From Takakia lepidozioides (Eukaryota; Plantae; Bryophyta): a stretch of DNA of 64,000 bases. Both the position numbers and the translations under genes were made by a program. The stretch lies in NCBI GenBank assembly GCA_030704615.1, contig CM060731.1, forward strand, positions 68,448,001 to 68,512,000. Reading direction: 5' to 3'. A model generated the notes under the pieces. That model saw only the letters and a list, made by a program, of their open reading frames with translations. It was not told where the DNA came from and searched no databases. Positions 1-13,300 of the stretch are shown here, piece by piece. Numbering within the stretch: the first letter of the stretch is position 1; every line of letters starts with the position of its first letter.

Positions 1-2148
1 GGCCTTGTGGCTGAACACCTTGGTCCCCGGGACTGTCTTTGGCTGTGTTCCAAGCCTAGCTTCCACCCACTTTGGTATTTCACCTACAACTGTAGAATTG
101 CTCTCTCCCACAGCACTCTACCCGTTGCCTGACTCCCAGTATACCACAAGGTCATCAAAATGGCTTCCACTTAGCTCAGTCTGTGTGCCTTGGGAAATAT
201 AATTTTTTTCCCCAACTGTTTGAAGACTCAACGAGGAAATGAGCCCTTCAATGGCATCATCATCCCCTCCAGCCATACACTAATCCAAAAGAGCGCCAGG
301 TGTGTTACCAACACAAAACTCAATGATCATCCATTCAATTGAAGTAGTTTATTCAATAGGCCTCAAATAGATATGGGGAGGGTCTAATTTACATTAGAAA
401 AAATCTATATATTTTGGCCAGGTCCAAAAACTTAAACCCCTTTCTGTAGGTTCCTGTGCAAGTTTGAGGTCAAACAGGCTCTGTATGCCAAAGATATGGC
501 CAAACAGGCTATGTAAACATAATATTTGACCTTAAATGGTAACAAATACAAGGAAAAAAAAAATTCAATTAATTTCCTTTGGTTCCCCGTTCCCACGTTT
601 TATGCGATGCCCTGCAGGTTCCACGTACAGTCACCGTTCCCAAGTGCCCATCGATTAATGCACCAACCAAATTGAATTCACCAACGCAATGGTGTACGCT
701 GATGCAATACATCTGCTGTCAGCCGCCTCTATGAATGGATTGAAAGAGCCAGACATATGAATATCAAGGTCAGACATGAACCTGAATTGAGACCACACTG
801 CTACCCGTAAGCACTTACACGGCCCCAACAGGTCACCTCGCGATGAAGCAACAACACACTAGCTGCAACACATCCAATATAGGTTCATCATGTACACCTT
901 GTAAGAAAACCCTCTTGGAAATCTGAATCCATGGACCTGGTGCGTGTAGCAACTTCCAAACAGCCAGTCTTATACCACAGTCTCAAGTGAGCTGGTCGCC
1001 TCAGACTGTCATGCGTTGAAGAACTTGCAAATTGTGTCTAGCAGATTCGGCCTCCCAGTGACATCTCAACTCACAGTGGGCTATGGGCTTACCACTGCAA
1101 TCATGGGCAGGGCAATTTCCGGGTCTAGCTCACCAGCCAGAGCAAAGAAAAAAAAAAAAATCTCGGCCAGCCTTTAACTTGTATCATATGGGAGTTATGC
1201 AAAACACCTCCCCTGGAAGTTTCGAAGCATTCCTGCAGCAGCTGTGCCTAGCATGCATCTGGATAATTTCAACTTGTTTGAGTTTCCATACTCTAATTCC
1301 AACCCCAGCGCTTTCTTGTCAAAGCATGGAAGCAGAGTGAAGCCTGAGGAGGAATGGAGCTGCAGACCGACGTACCTCGATCGACGTACCTAAACAGCCC
1401 TAGCTGATTAACCGAGCCTCACCGTCACCATGGCCCCCATCCTTCTTTGCCACCGTGGTGATGGTGCATGTCAAACCCCTGACATCATGGGAACTAGCGA
1501 TTGACGAATCTGAACCACTCTGGATCCACAGGTACTTGCTTCGTGCCCTCATTTAAATCTTCAATCGCCTCACTGGCTTTCAGCTTAATTGTTCCATTCT
1601 GGAACTACCCTGACGCAGGTAATTTATTTCTCTTACAGTCACCATGCTGAGATGTCGAATGAGTATAACCCCATGGAGCTGTGATCACCCACTATCAATC
1701 TCAGTACTCTTTGCGATGCAGCTCTGGCATACTAGCAGCAAAGCAGATGTCTTGGACTAGGTATATACTGCAAGAGAACCATCCAGGCGGCTCCGCACAC
1801 ATGCTCAAGTACGTGTGAGGAAACTTTGATGTAGCACTTGTCATATTCGAACCATTGGCGGTGTTATAACAGCCGAGAGCACGCCAGGAAACATCGGCAG
1901 CCAAGAAAAATCAGAAAAATCAACCCGAGCACAGAGAAGGAGGGACTTCGGGAGCATTTTAGCTTCAACCTCACTACTCCATGGACAATATGCCAGCATA
2001 ACGTCATTCCATTTCAAATACCATCATCTGCTGCTTCATTCCGGGCTGTCCTACCTGGTGTCCCACACGACACCTTCCTTTTATAGGGCTCACCCCCCCC
2101 CCCCAAGGGGCACTAGCTGCAAGGCGAAGTGGCTCTTAGTTACTCCCG

Positions 2149-2378
2149 CTACGGCCGGAGTCTTCTCTCTCTCCGGGCTGTCCTTTCCCACGCATCCTCT
2201 AGCTCGGACTGACTTGGTTCTTCATTTTAAATATTATTCTGTATGGACAAGAACAACCTCCAGCTATGGCTGGAGTCTTCTCTCTCTCTCGGCTGTCCTT
2301 TCCCACGCATCCTCATACTCGGACTGACTTGGTTCTCCATTTTAAATATTATTCTGTATGGACAAGAACAACCTCCAG
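2149..2378. repeat. Tandem duplication, 2 x 115 bp
   Basis: The unit ctacggccggagtcttctct...gaacaacctccag starts at 2149 and recurs at 2264 with a few substitutions. Confidence 0.9.
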
Positions 2379-2879
2379 GGAGTTTGCCAAGCTGGTGGGT
2401 TTTTCTATAACTATTCCCCCACTAAATAAGCTAGACATCATCTCTCTCGAGTGATCAATAACTAAAAACCATTACTCACACAAAGAGTCGAGCCAAGTGC
2501 ACCCCATGCCGTGGGGAATCCACACCTAGCGCCATAGCCATTGCGCGAGTGAGGATAAGCATCCTCAGGTACCAAAATATTTTAACACATCATTTTGGCA
2601 CTTAATCTAATTCCAAGTGTCTAAAAATATTAACTGGTTAAATTCTAGCTAATTTTACACTATATGCATAAATTGCTTGACAAATTGAATTAAGTTTGGA
2701 CGTAACATCTTCCAATTCCATTGATGAGAAAGCTGCTAAGAGATTCGTAAGCTCTACAGAAGAGATGACAAAAGGGAAACAAGCCAAAATGTCTTGTTTG
2801 GAGCTAAGATGTCAAGCAGAAGGAGGTTTCTTACTGAAAAGAGAAGAGAAGTGAAAGGCTACAAATGTTGTCATCTCCT

Positions 2880-3500
2880 TTGGCTTCATAAGGGAATTGT
2901 ACATCTTTAAGCAAGCTGATTATGGTCACTGATTACTTGACCAAGTGGGTAGAAGTCCGGCCTTTGCATACCCAGAGTTTTGATGTTGTGGCTCAATTCT
3001 TCTTTGATGAGAGATTCTTTTGTGGCATGAGAGATCCTCATGGACCAGGGTAAGGAGTTATGTAATCAGCTATTCACGGTGATATGCTTCAATTTTGGTG
3101 GGAAACACGTGGCTACAGCTCCTTATCATCCACAGACCAATGGCTTTACAAAGCGTTTTAACCAAACTCTTTTGTCAAATGTTGGAGAAGAATGGTGCAC
3201 TACCCAGGGAGTGGGATACTTTCTGCCTTTTTTCTGCCCCTTATACTCTTTGCTTACCGCACCGCTGTGCATGCTAGTACCAAAAAGACTCTTTTTGAAT
3301 TGTTGTATGGATGCTCAGCTTGTGTCTCATCCACCATTGAGACAGATCATTTGCCGTTGAAAGCCTTGCTTATTCCTCGTGAACTAACTGGACGTTTGGC
3401 TAGATGGGCTTTGATTTTACAGGGTTATGATTTTCAGATCTCTTACAAGCAAGACAAAGAGAATGTTAATGCTGATGCATTGACTCGTGGGGAAACTAAG
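2880..3500 (+). mobile_element. Degenerate Ty3/gypsy pol fragments (integrase core joined to an RNase H tail)
   Basis: Frameshifted pieces DYLTKWVEV, TAPYHPQTNG..KRFNQTL and LFAYRTAVHASTKKT.FELLYG are followed by TDHLPLK..LTGRLARWALILQGYDFQISYK...NVNADALTR. Confidence 0.85.
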
Positions 3501-3763
3501 CCTCCTGCCCCTTACACTACTCTAGATGATATCGTTCATGTTCTTTCTTCCCCTTCTGTTACTGCACACCTGTCACTGATCCTTATGCATTATGTCATCT
3601 GCTAGATTTCCCTTATGTTCCTCCCGATCTGCTAGATTCTTGGGATCTAGTTCAATTTGATGTTCCTTAAATTTCCTGCTTGGTACTTGGCAATGCTTGT
3701 AGGTTGGCAATCTGCAGGGTCCTTAGACACTCCGTCTACAGTCATCCCTGTTGTAGATCCAAC

Positions 3764-4452
3764 CTAACCTCTCGATGCCAAGATACACAAAAAGGCAGAT
3801 GCATGCCATCCCGACACCATCTCCTCGTTCATCTCACCATGCCACCGAGCTCCAGTGTCATCCTGCTGGCTCGTGCATGGATTGCGACTCAATCCATCCG
3901 CATTCCTATTGACCAAACCCGGTCGATGCATAACCTGAAAGTCATACTCCTGGAGTATAAAGCCCACCGTGCAAGCTTCCCCGTAAGCTTGTTTGATTCC
4001 ATCAACCACTTGAGTGGCTGGTGATCCGTGACAATGGTGAAGAGATTGCCGTATAGATAGCACCTGAAGTGTGCCACGGCCCACACTGCAGCTAAGCACT
4101 CCCCCTCATATGAGCTATACTTAGACTTTGCAGCGTTGTTCGAGCGGCTAGCATAAGCCACTACGAACTCTCTTCCCTCATCATCCACCTGTGTGAGCAC
4201 CGCTCCAAGCCCCAACATGCTCCAATATGTATACACATGAAAGGGACGCCCCCTGATAGGTCGTCTCAAGATCGGCGTCGAGGTCAACCTCGCCTTGAGC
4301 TCCTGAAAAGCTCGCTCTTGCTCATCTTCCCACTACCACTCCTGGTCTACCTTGGTCAGCTTAGTTAGAGCCTTTGCAATAGCACTAAATCCCTTGACAA
4401 ACCGTCTATAGTAGTTTGTCAACCCCATGAAAGCTCGAACTCGGCTCACATA
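3764..4452 (-). mobile_element. Ty3/gypsy RT C-terminus/RNase H fragment
   Basis: LGAVLTQ...VVAYASRS...YSSYEGECLAAVWAVAHFRCYLYG...TDHQPLKWL...GKLARWA, then LQEYDFQVMHRPGLVNRNADGLSR after a frameshift. Confidence 0.9.
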
Positions 4453-4454
4453 AG

Positions 4455-4770
4455 CCAGGTGGTGCCAGAGATATACATGAGAATTCGGTTGTGTTGGACT
4501 ACCTCCGTACTGGAGACACGGCAGCTAGTGTGACTGCCAAGGAGAGGGATCGGATCCTACAACGAGCCAAGAGGTTCAAGTGGGAGGGGATACACCTGCT
4601 TCGAGTGTGGGAGGATGGTCGGGTGAGGATTGTGCCTCACCCAACATAGCGTGCATGATTAGTGCGGCATGCCCATGAGGAGTTGGGGCATTTGGAGTGC
4701 GACGCACTCATAGTTTACTGCAGGGGCAGTATTGGTGGCGTGGTATGCACACAGAGGTGCAACAATTCAT
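4455..4770 (+). mobile_element. Ty3/gypsy integrase N-terminal (zinc-binding) fragment
   Basis: ERDRILQRAKRFKWEG...VRIVPHP..RHAHEELGH..RRTHSLLQGQYWWRGMH, with stops and a frameshift. Confidence 0.8.
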
Positions 4771-6769
4771 GGAAATCGACTGGCCACGAACTTGAACGAA
4801 ACTTACCAAGAGTAGAGTCAGACAACAATCAAGTGTTTTTCCAGTGATGGCCATTGTTCTCCGTTGTTTCCACCCCTGTTATTTATTCACCTTTCTTGAC
4901 GAGTTGCATGCTCGCCGTGTGGTATCCATCCATGATGCCAAAAAAAACATTGGTGGGACATTGATAAAGCTCCGCTCTGCACGCAGGTTTGCAACTAATT
5001 TAACAAACGTGTCAAGTATTTTAACATAGTTTAGGTGGGATAGACGGTGTGTCTTTGCTTATAACATGGTTAAAATGCATGCAAATCCAAACTCAAGAGC
5101 CATGGTCCATGCTTGATATATCAATTGTTGCGTGGACGACGTGCTCTCCTTCTTCCAGAGGGGTCCAATGTCAAGGCGCATGACGATCCTGTCCATCCGA
5201 CTGATCTGGTCCATTTTGAGCTGGTGTTTGATTTAACTTACATCAACATGGAAGGACGCACTGTGGGGTGAATTTTGCAGATTTGATCAAATTTTCCAAC
5301 TTCCTCTTTTGAAATTCCGGCCTTGTTTGTGGACCTTAGTATTGAGTCTTCCAGATCTCTTTTTGTGTCTTCTTAGAGCATCTCCATTGGGGGTACACCA
5401 AACAACACTGCAACGGTAACCTCCTGCCGCCTCCAACACTCCCCTCCCCCAGCGGCAACCCCATCAAACTACCTTGCAGATGTCTTTTTGGCTGACGTGC
5501 CTTGCTCCGGAGGGACCACCTGGACAGACTCTGCCTTACCCTCACGCCATAAATGCAGGCAGCCGTGTTTTTTAGTGGCTCCAGCAGGTACCGGCCGGGT
5601 TGGGCCTGTATCCTTCACGAAAGTACAGGCCACGGGGGTGCGGATAACACGACCGGGGGCTCCTTTGCTGTTGTCGGGGCATTTAGGGACCCCCGGTGGA
5701 GATGCTCTTAGTATTTAGATGAACACCACATGTAGTCCCTGTCAAGTTTTTCACATCGAAGGGTTTTGCCCTCGACCCAACTTGCAGGTGTCAGGTTTTT
5801 CTTTTGGCAAGTTTTTTTACCCTACAGTGGAGGGTGTTCATCTAGTAGGACTTATATTTTACCTTATATTTTACCTCGTGGAGCTTAGGTTTTCCATCGG
5901 GGACTAGTTTGACCTTACTCATCCCTCCTGACAGAACTTTTGAATTACTCAATGTTTTGGGCTCCATACCATTACATACGACCATTAGGTATCATGAATC
6001 CTACACGGTAATCATAGAATGGTGGCTGCATCCTGGCCGTTAAGATACATGACGGTGGACATTCATTACCCTTGTGGCTGGCCATTCACATTGCGCCATG
6101 TGGCAGACTCGCTATAGAGACTCTCCATCCAACACCACCACAAGATAAAAAGCTACACATATATTGTGGTTTTCCCGAGGTTGGTTAGCGTGTGAGTAGG
6201 GCTTACGCCAGCAGAGAGGCATGTTTCGCATATTCCTCAAGAATCCGGAGAATATGCGGTAAAGAAACCAAAATCTACTCACGCAAAAAAAAAAAACCGA
6301 ACCATCTGAAAACCGTGCTTACGCGACAAAACTTGTGAAATTAATCGTCCAAAGCTTAATTCACGTGAGCACAAAGACCCACAAATGTATCTGCCAAAAC
6401 TCAAAGGTCAGCGAACGTAAACAATGTGGCTTTCAAGGTAAAACATTGTGTGTAGAAACAAGAACTACCCAAAAAAAGGGTTTCGCTGGCGAAACGCAAA
6501 CGCATCTTAGGTTTTGCCAGCGAGACTTGGGTTTCGTCGGCAAAATTGGGTGTGGTTTGGTTTTTTTTAAGGTTTCTCCCCTTTCAAGCTCCTTCTATAT
6601 GTTTTAACATTATATTTAGACACCATGAAGACCCTATTACCGCAGAAAGACCCTATGTCCGTCTATTACATGTATTTTTGCTGGCATACATCCCCCATAA
6701 CCGCGGATCCTGCTCACACGACGTTTTCTTGTGCTCACTCCGTTTGTGTTCACATCATACCAATCCCCA

Positions 6770-8140
6770 TTTGCCAAGAGCTCTTGTATAGTTCTAGCCA
6801 GGCTAAAGCAATCTCAAAATAGACTTGTTATTAGAGCTAAAGTAATCCTCAAATGGACTTCCTTCTTTTATCTTTGCCTTCTCCAAACTTGGAGTTACTT
6901 TAACAGTCTCTAACTTCCTCTCTAAGTTAGCGAACACCAAAAGTTGTGCATGGTTAATGGCCAGAAGTCTAATTTCTTTGACATTGACCAAGATGTAGCT
7001 CAAGGTTGTGTCCTCTACCCACTCTCTTCAATGTTTTCATATTCAGCTCCTTGAAAATGTGGGTTATCCCATCCAATCTTCAGGAGTTGATTTATTGTGC
7101 AAAGAGGTAGTTTAGCCTATGGAAGCTAGAAGCCAATGCTAGTAAATGCGCAGTGGTGGCCTTCAACAATCGTGAGGAGCGAGGAGGGTAGTGAAGAGAT
7201 CCCTCTGCTCCCTTCCTCTTGGTGTTCAGTTTTCCTCCAATTGTAACTGGGGTGCGCGAATACAAAAGATGATAAATGCAAAGCTGGGTCTCACTCAATT
7301 TTGCCACTGCAAAAGGATAAATACTGAAGTTAAAAAGACCATGCTTTGCAACATTAATAGGCCTACCTTGGAGTACAAATCCGGGGTGACAACTCCAACA
7401 ATGCTAAAACTTTAGAATCCATTCGGTTTTTGGTGCTCAAAGAGAGCACATCATCGTGCTCTAGAACAGTTAACATGACTGCTCAGGTTGGGTTTGGAAT
7501 ACCCCCCTTGCGCTCTCAATGTGATGAGTTCAAGGTCAGATGGTGGGGTCAGTGGAATCGCACGCCCGATACCCTGAGATGATCGACTCTATTTTTGAAA
7601 GCAAGAGCGTCCTGTTAATCAGGCCAAGTCCTGGCCGAAAAGGGGGTTTTCCTGAATGTTAGGCAGAAAGAACTGACCCTGCTAGATGCAGCTGACTTGG
7701 AGGCTGAAGTGTCTAAGGTCGTGATGGAAGCCCGAAGCACGTCCAAACAAAACAAAACGAAGTTAGGCATAAAACCTCCCTGAACTTGTTTCCAGTATAT
7801 GCCATGGGTCAGGACCTTAAGGATGATGTCATAGGCCTAGCTACCCTCGGCACTGACTGAAATTTAAACTCAGGGCGGAGCCTACCTTTGAACAGTAAGA
7901 TGCAGAAAGGAAAGGGAGATTGTCAAAGCCCAAAGAGCCGCCTAAAGGCAATATCCATTTTCTGATACAATGTCCGGAGTATTCTCATCAGAGCGACCCT
8001 CTTCAGGACCATCAAGCACATCGTCCCTGCACCTCTGTTCACCGACTTTCAAAAATCTCGAGGCTGAGCCTAAAGCCCTCACCTTGTTGGGGTCATTGTA
8101 GTAAAAGGCCCCTCTTATGACCAAGTGTCCAACTTTTTTG
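6770..8140 (-). mobile_element. Possible highly degenerate L1-like LINE remnant
   Basis: Broken minus-strand ORFs only loosely resemble the L1 endonuclease/linker region; no intact catalytic motif. Confidence 0.25.
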
Positions 8141-8326
8141 TCCTACATTCTGCTACCATTATTCAACACTAATGTACAATTTTGCTTCCCTTTCCATACT
8201 GGAGGCATAAACAATAATTTGATTTGGTCCCTAAAGAATGAAGGTGCCATTGGTTTACTCTTATAACCCCAAGCCTGAACTGAAACTACTCACCACCACC
8301 GCCTCATGGAACCTGCACTGCTAAGC

Positions 8327-8500
8327 CATTCTAAAGACAAAATCATATCAGATGCAATAGATTGAAATGCTGTCATTCTAAAGACAAAATCGTAACACGT
8401 GCAATAGACAGAAGTGCTCTCATGATCCACAACACTTACAAATACATATACTCTCATTCTAAAGATCATATCAAAACAGGTGCAATAGATAAAACCGCTC
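8327..8500. repeat. Short degenerate tandem repeat (~47 bp, about 3 copies)
   Basis: cattctaaaga...atgcaataga recurs near 8327, 8374 and 8455. Confidence 0.7.
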
Positions 8501-10044
8501 TCTTGTTAGTTGGCCTTTAATCAATTTCAACACTTTAGAACCATCTTTCAATAGTAGTACAGATGCCCAAATCAAGAGCCCTTGCTCAGCCTAGGAATGC
8601 ATGATTTGGATGGAACACTATGATCTCTGGGAGAAGAGCAACAGCGAGCCTATAGCAACAGCAGCTCATCAGAAGCGCCAACAGCTGTGCCAATTCTAGA
8701 AAGCATTTGGAATAGGTAACATACATTGAGGTTCGTTGAGATATCGGATGGAGGACGGACATGTCAATGCAGTGCATAAGCCAAGCCCCTGCATTCAAGG
8801 ATAATAATGTCAGATTATTATGAGGGTTATTTATCCTCCATTGCAGACTTCAAACTTCTTAGCCTCCAGGCACCCGTGGCTGTTGGGCTCGTCCATTCTG
8901 AGTGCCATCCCGGTCGTGAACATAGCAAAAGGGGGTCACATCTAGTACTTACGCCTCCGGTGAAGTGGCCTACGATATGGAATGAGGTCTGGGTGCTGCC
9001 AAAATTTCTGTCTTTCATGGAAATGTGTAAGTTATTGGAGTGCCATGGGCAGAGAAGAATTATGTGCAGTATGGGTGCGGAATGGAGGCTTTGGAGACCT
9101 ATGAACAATTGATGTGGTGGTTCTAGATACATTACTGGTGTAGAGACAACGATAGCTGAAAGAGCAGGGACAGTGTGTAGGTCCAGATTCTTGCAAGAAG
9201 GTAGGATTTGAAGCACGAGATAACCTACGATTCCCTGTGGATTGCAGTGGGCCTTTGGAAGATGCAGCTATGGGCATTTATGGGGAAGTTCAGGCTTTGT
9301 ATGGCCTATTCATGAAGGAGTTTTTTTTCTTTAATGCAGCTCGAAGTTGAGTAGATCCATTTCCTTTAGGGCTTCTATTGCAAGTTTTCAGAGCCAATTG
9401 CTTTGCTGCAACCTCCACCATTTCAGCAGACAATGGCTGGGTGAATAGATAGTATCAGCTCTAGGTTGCAAAGATAATAATGACCAATACTGGAGAGTTT
9501 TAGGTGCAACAAGTGATTGTATTTCAGAGATTTAGCAGATTTGGAGACCTATGTGGAGGAGGTGATCAATCCTCCAGGGCTCTGCAGAATCTGCACACAG
9601 GGTCTTCCCACCTCCCTGGAGCATTGCAAGTTCTCCCATAATTCTGCTTCAAGAATCGGGTGGACAACGTAACAGAAATCTATGTAGGATGGAAAACTGT
9701 AGCTAGCAGCACTGCCGCTACATCTTCTTAATCTGGATATGGGTCGGATTTGGAGCAACTGTCCGGGTCTGGGCATCTCTCAGGTCTCTCACCCGTTGGC
9801 ATCTTTGGAAATGCCAAGTTACTGTAAGGATTTCCTAACGAAGGAAGCTTGGCATATGTTGATTGCAGCTCACTCAGGATAGGCGCCTTGCAGTGAACGA
9901 CTCCTCATGGGAATGGAGATCGGACCGGAGCTTCCTTCATCTCAGAGATCCAGCGTTGACTCTTGGGGCAGAAAGCTTTCATGGCTCTTTTAGGTTATTT
10001 TCGGGGCTTCATCTGCTTCATCTCCTTTCCCGTGAAAAAATGAA

Positions 10045-10057
10045 AAACCCTAGGGTT
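10045..10057. promoter_or_regulatory. Palindromic telo-box (AAACCCTAGGGTT) ~280 bp upstream of the Fcf2-domain gene
   Basis: AAACCCTA motif seen directly; telo-boxes are enriched in promoters of plant ribosome-biogenesis genes. Confidence 0.5.
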
Positions 10058-10332
10058 AGAGACGGATGAACACTGTGCAAATAGTACTTAGTTCGGCTTC
10101 ATCTCAAGTCAGAGGTGCGAGGCAGCGATGGCGGGAAGAGGTCGTAGATCGAGAGCTGCCGCCGTGCTTTGAGGTTTCTTGGCCAGTACTCTTCCATTCG
10201 CTCCATTGTGGATTGTGGGTTTTGATGGCAGAGTGTAGTTCAGTGGTCGTGCATCATCTTTCATCTTCCTCCTCTGTCTCGCCAGGTTCAGTATTTCACG
10301 CACCCACGTAAAGATCTACAGCCTGCACAGAT

Positions 10333-13300
10333 ATGCCGCCAGAGTTGCGGCCCCGGAAGGGACCTCCATCGGCGTCGAAGCCGCCCCCCGTGAAGACCCC
10401 GTCTCGGCGGTCTAAGGCGAAGCCATCTCCGAAAGCGAAGGTTCACAATCCGGACAATCCTCATGGTGATGTTGAGGGCACAATCGGAAGCAGGGTGAAG
10501 TCTAGCGTTGCAGTTGTGTCAACTCCCCAGAACGGAAGCGACAGAAAGGATGCAGAGGCTCATGATATTATTGTGTTGGATTCACCAAAATCAGGTGCAT
10601 TGGTTGGTGATGAGAGTACGAGTGTATCGAAAGGCAGCTCGGATGGAGCTTTCGAAGGAAGAGGCAAATACAAAGACAAAGCCAGCAACGTGAGGAAATT
10701 GCTCTTAGGATCTCCAAGAGTAAGCGGGGGAAAGTCTGACTTAGAGGAACATGGCATCGAAGCTAGCGTGGTTAAATGTACCAAGAGCGCATCTGACGAA
10801 GCGAGAGGAAAGACATCACATAACGGATCAAAGGTGGAGGTCAAAGAGGTGGCCGAACAGATTAAAGGGGATAGAGGAAGAGCAGTGAAGAGTGAGATAG
10901 TTAAAGGTGTGGAGGTGATATGCCTCGATGATGATGATGATGACGCTGATGCAATTCAAGAGAATTTTCAGAAAGCACTTACATTACACAACCAACGAGG
11001 GAAGACAGGAAGGGGAGAGACGACAGGGGGGCTCAAGAATGTTCAGTTGGAAATCGAACAAAGGAATTTCAGGGCATGGCTAGCCTCAATCGATGAGAAT
11101 CTCCCTCCGGAAAGCGCAGGAACAGCGATGCCAACGGGTCAGAAAGCACAGGAAAAAACTGACGAGATGGGACATGGAGATGAGGAGGTTGAGGAGATTC
11201 TCAAAGCACCGCAAGTTGAACAGAGAAAAACGAATGTGTGTGAAGCGGGAGGAGAGGGCTGCAGTGAGGAGTGCAATAAGGAACTGAGCGGGAAGATTCT
11301 ACATGATCAGAAGGTTGAAGCCCTGCAATGTGCTAAAAACACAGAGGACCATGAAGTTCCCGATTGTTGGGAAAATTCACAATGTGATGAAGAGGAGGCC
11401 GATGAGATTGGTGAGCCAACCGGAAGGTTGACAGACAAGAGGGAGAGTGTTCATGATCATGCAGACGAAGAGCAAATGGTGGACTGTGATGGTAAGGAGG
11501 AAGCAACGGACAGGGAGGAAGGGGAGGGCGGTGAGGTTACTGAGGATGGAGAACCAAGCGGAAGGTGGACATACAAGAGGAAGAGTGGTGATGATCGCAA
11601 AGATGGAGAGACCATGCTGGAGCTTGATTTGAAGCGGGGAGCAAAGGAAAGGGTTCCTGGTGGTTTACAAGAGCCAAACAGAAAGTTGACTGAAAACAGG
11701 AAGAGCGGTGATGACCGCGAAGATGATGAACAAATGGCCGACTATGATGGTAAGGGTGAAGCAACCGGAAGGGATGAAGAGGAGGGTGGTGAGATGAGAG
11801 AGTCAACTGGAAGGTTGGCAGACAAGAGGGAGGGTGTTGCTGAAGACGAAAAGCAAATGGCGGAGAGTCATAGGAAGCAGGAAGGAATGGAAAGGGATGC
11901 AGTGGAGGGTGATGAGATAGGAGAGTCAAGTGAAAGGTTGGCCGCCACGAGAGACAGCCATGATAACAACACAGAGGGAATGTTCTGTGAAGTGCAAGGG
12001 AAGGATAGCACCAAGGAAAATGGTAAGGAACAGAGCAGAAAAATTCTAGACAAACAGAGGGATGAAGTCCTGGAGAGGCAGGAAAACAAAGTGCGTGATG
12101 GGTTTAAAGAGTCTGGAAAGGCCGAAGAGGAGGGCAATGAGGTTGGTGAGATTGGGGAAGCAAGAAGAAGTGTGACGGACAAGAGGGAGAGTGATTACAA
12201 CCTTGAAATTCCTTTTCAGTTGGAGGGCAATGAAGTTGGTGAGATTGGAGAGCCAAGCACAAGTTTTGAGCATGAAAATGACGAGGATATGGTGGAGCAC
12301 AAGAGGAAGGGGGATGCATGCGAAATAGTCCTAGAGGAGAGTGATGAGATTGGAGAGATAAATGCAAGATTGAAAGACAAAAGAGAGAATGATGATGCCC
12401 ATGAAGACGAAAAGCAAACGATGGAGCGTTATGAGGGGGAAGCGAGTGGGAGTGAGACAGATAAGGAAGACAGTGATATGGAAGATGATGAGGAAATGGT
12501 GGAGCTCCTCGCAAAATCCTTGCGTGGGCACCTCTTGCAAGTTTCTGCCACCAGGTATGCGGCAAGGTTGCTCTTTGGGTTCCCGTGGGTGTACCAATTT
12601 TTGCTCTCTTTTCTCTTGAGCCTGCACTAATGATATTTTTTAGATTGAGGGCCACAGTAGCAGGGCTGGATCTGGATGGTGCTTTCTGTAGGGCATATCT
12701 CTTATTGTTACAATTGTCTTTTTAGAATAGGTAACTAAAGCTAAAAAGTGGTTAACACGTCACCCTACTCATAGATGGAGAGAGAAATCACAGTGTCATG
12801 ACAGTGTGAGGGCTGACTTCAGACAAACGTAGGTTTAACAGGCCAGATCACCTCTGTACCTTGGACTTCATATGATATTTAGGAGAATTAGAGTGATTGC
12901 AGGTGGGGAGTGTTGGCTGAGAGAGCTATGGCAGTCATACTGACATTGTCACCGAACCGAGAAGTGTAACATATGGCACCAAGGTTTAGAGTGTGTGTCA
13001 GAATCTTCCAACTTATGAGCACACTCTTTCTGTTCTGTTCCTTAAGCAGGCAGGTTTTTAGGTGAGAACTGCGTCACCTTATAGCATAACTTGTGTTCAT
13101 TTGCACCTCCTAATCACAACTTATCATTCTAAAAGAGACTTCTGTGTGCAGCAGTACCGCAAGGGGCAGCAGGGAGATCGAGAAACACTCTCAATCAGGA
13201 GTGGGTGATGTCCCTAACGGTACCTTGACAAGTTTAGATGATGATGAAGAAATGATTGACCTTGATCACCCTAGGAGCAAAGAGTAAGTTCATGTCTCTC

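Noticed and set aside
5400-5935. Solo LTR
   Set aside because: The composition is LTR-like and it ends in CA, but no partner LTR, PBS or TSD could be identified.
8560-10040. Gene or TE ORF upstream of FCF2
   Set aside because: Only short broken ORFs with no motif I can identify.
10560-12655. Multiple minus-strand ORFs opposite FCF2 exon 1, and similar shadow ORFs over FtsZ, PPR and RRP1
   Set aside because: Antisense shadows of biased coding sequence with no recognisable domains.
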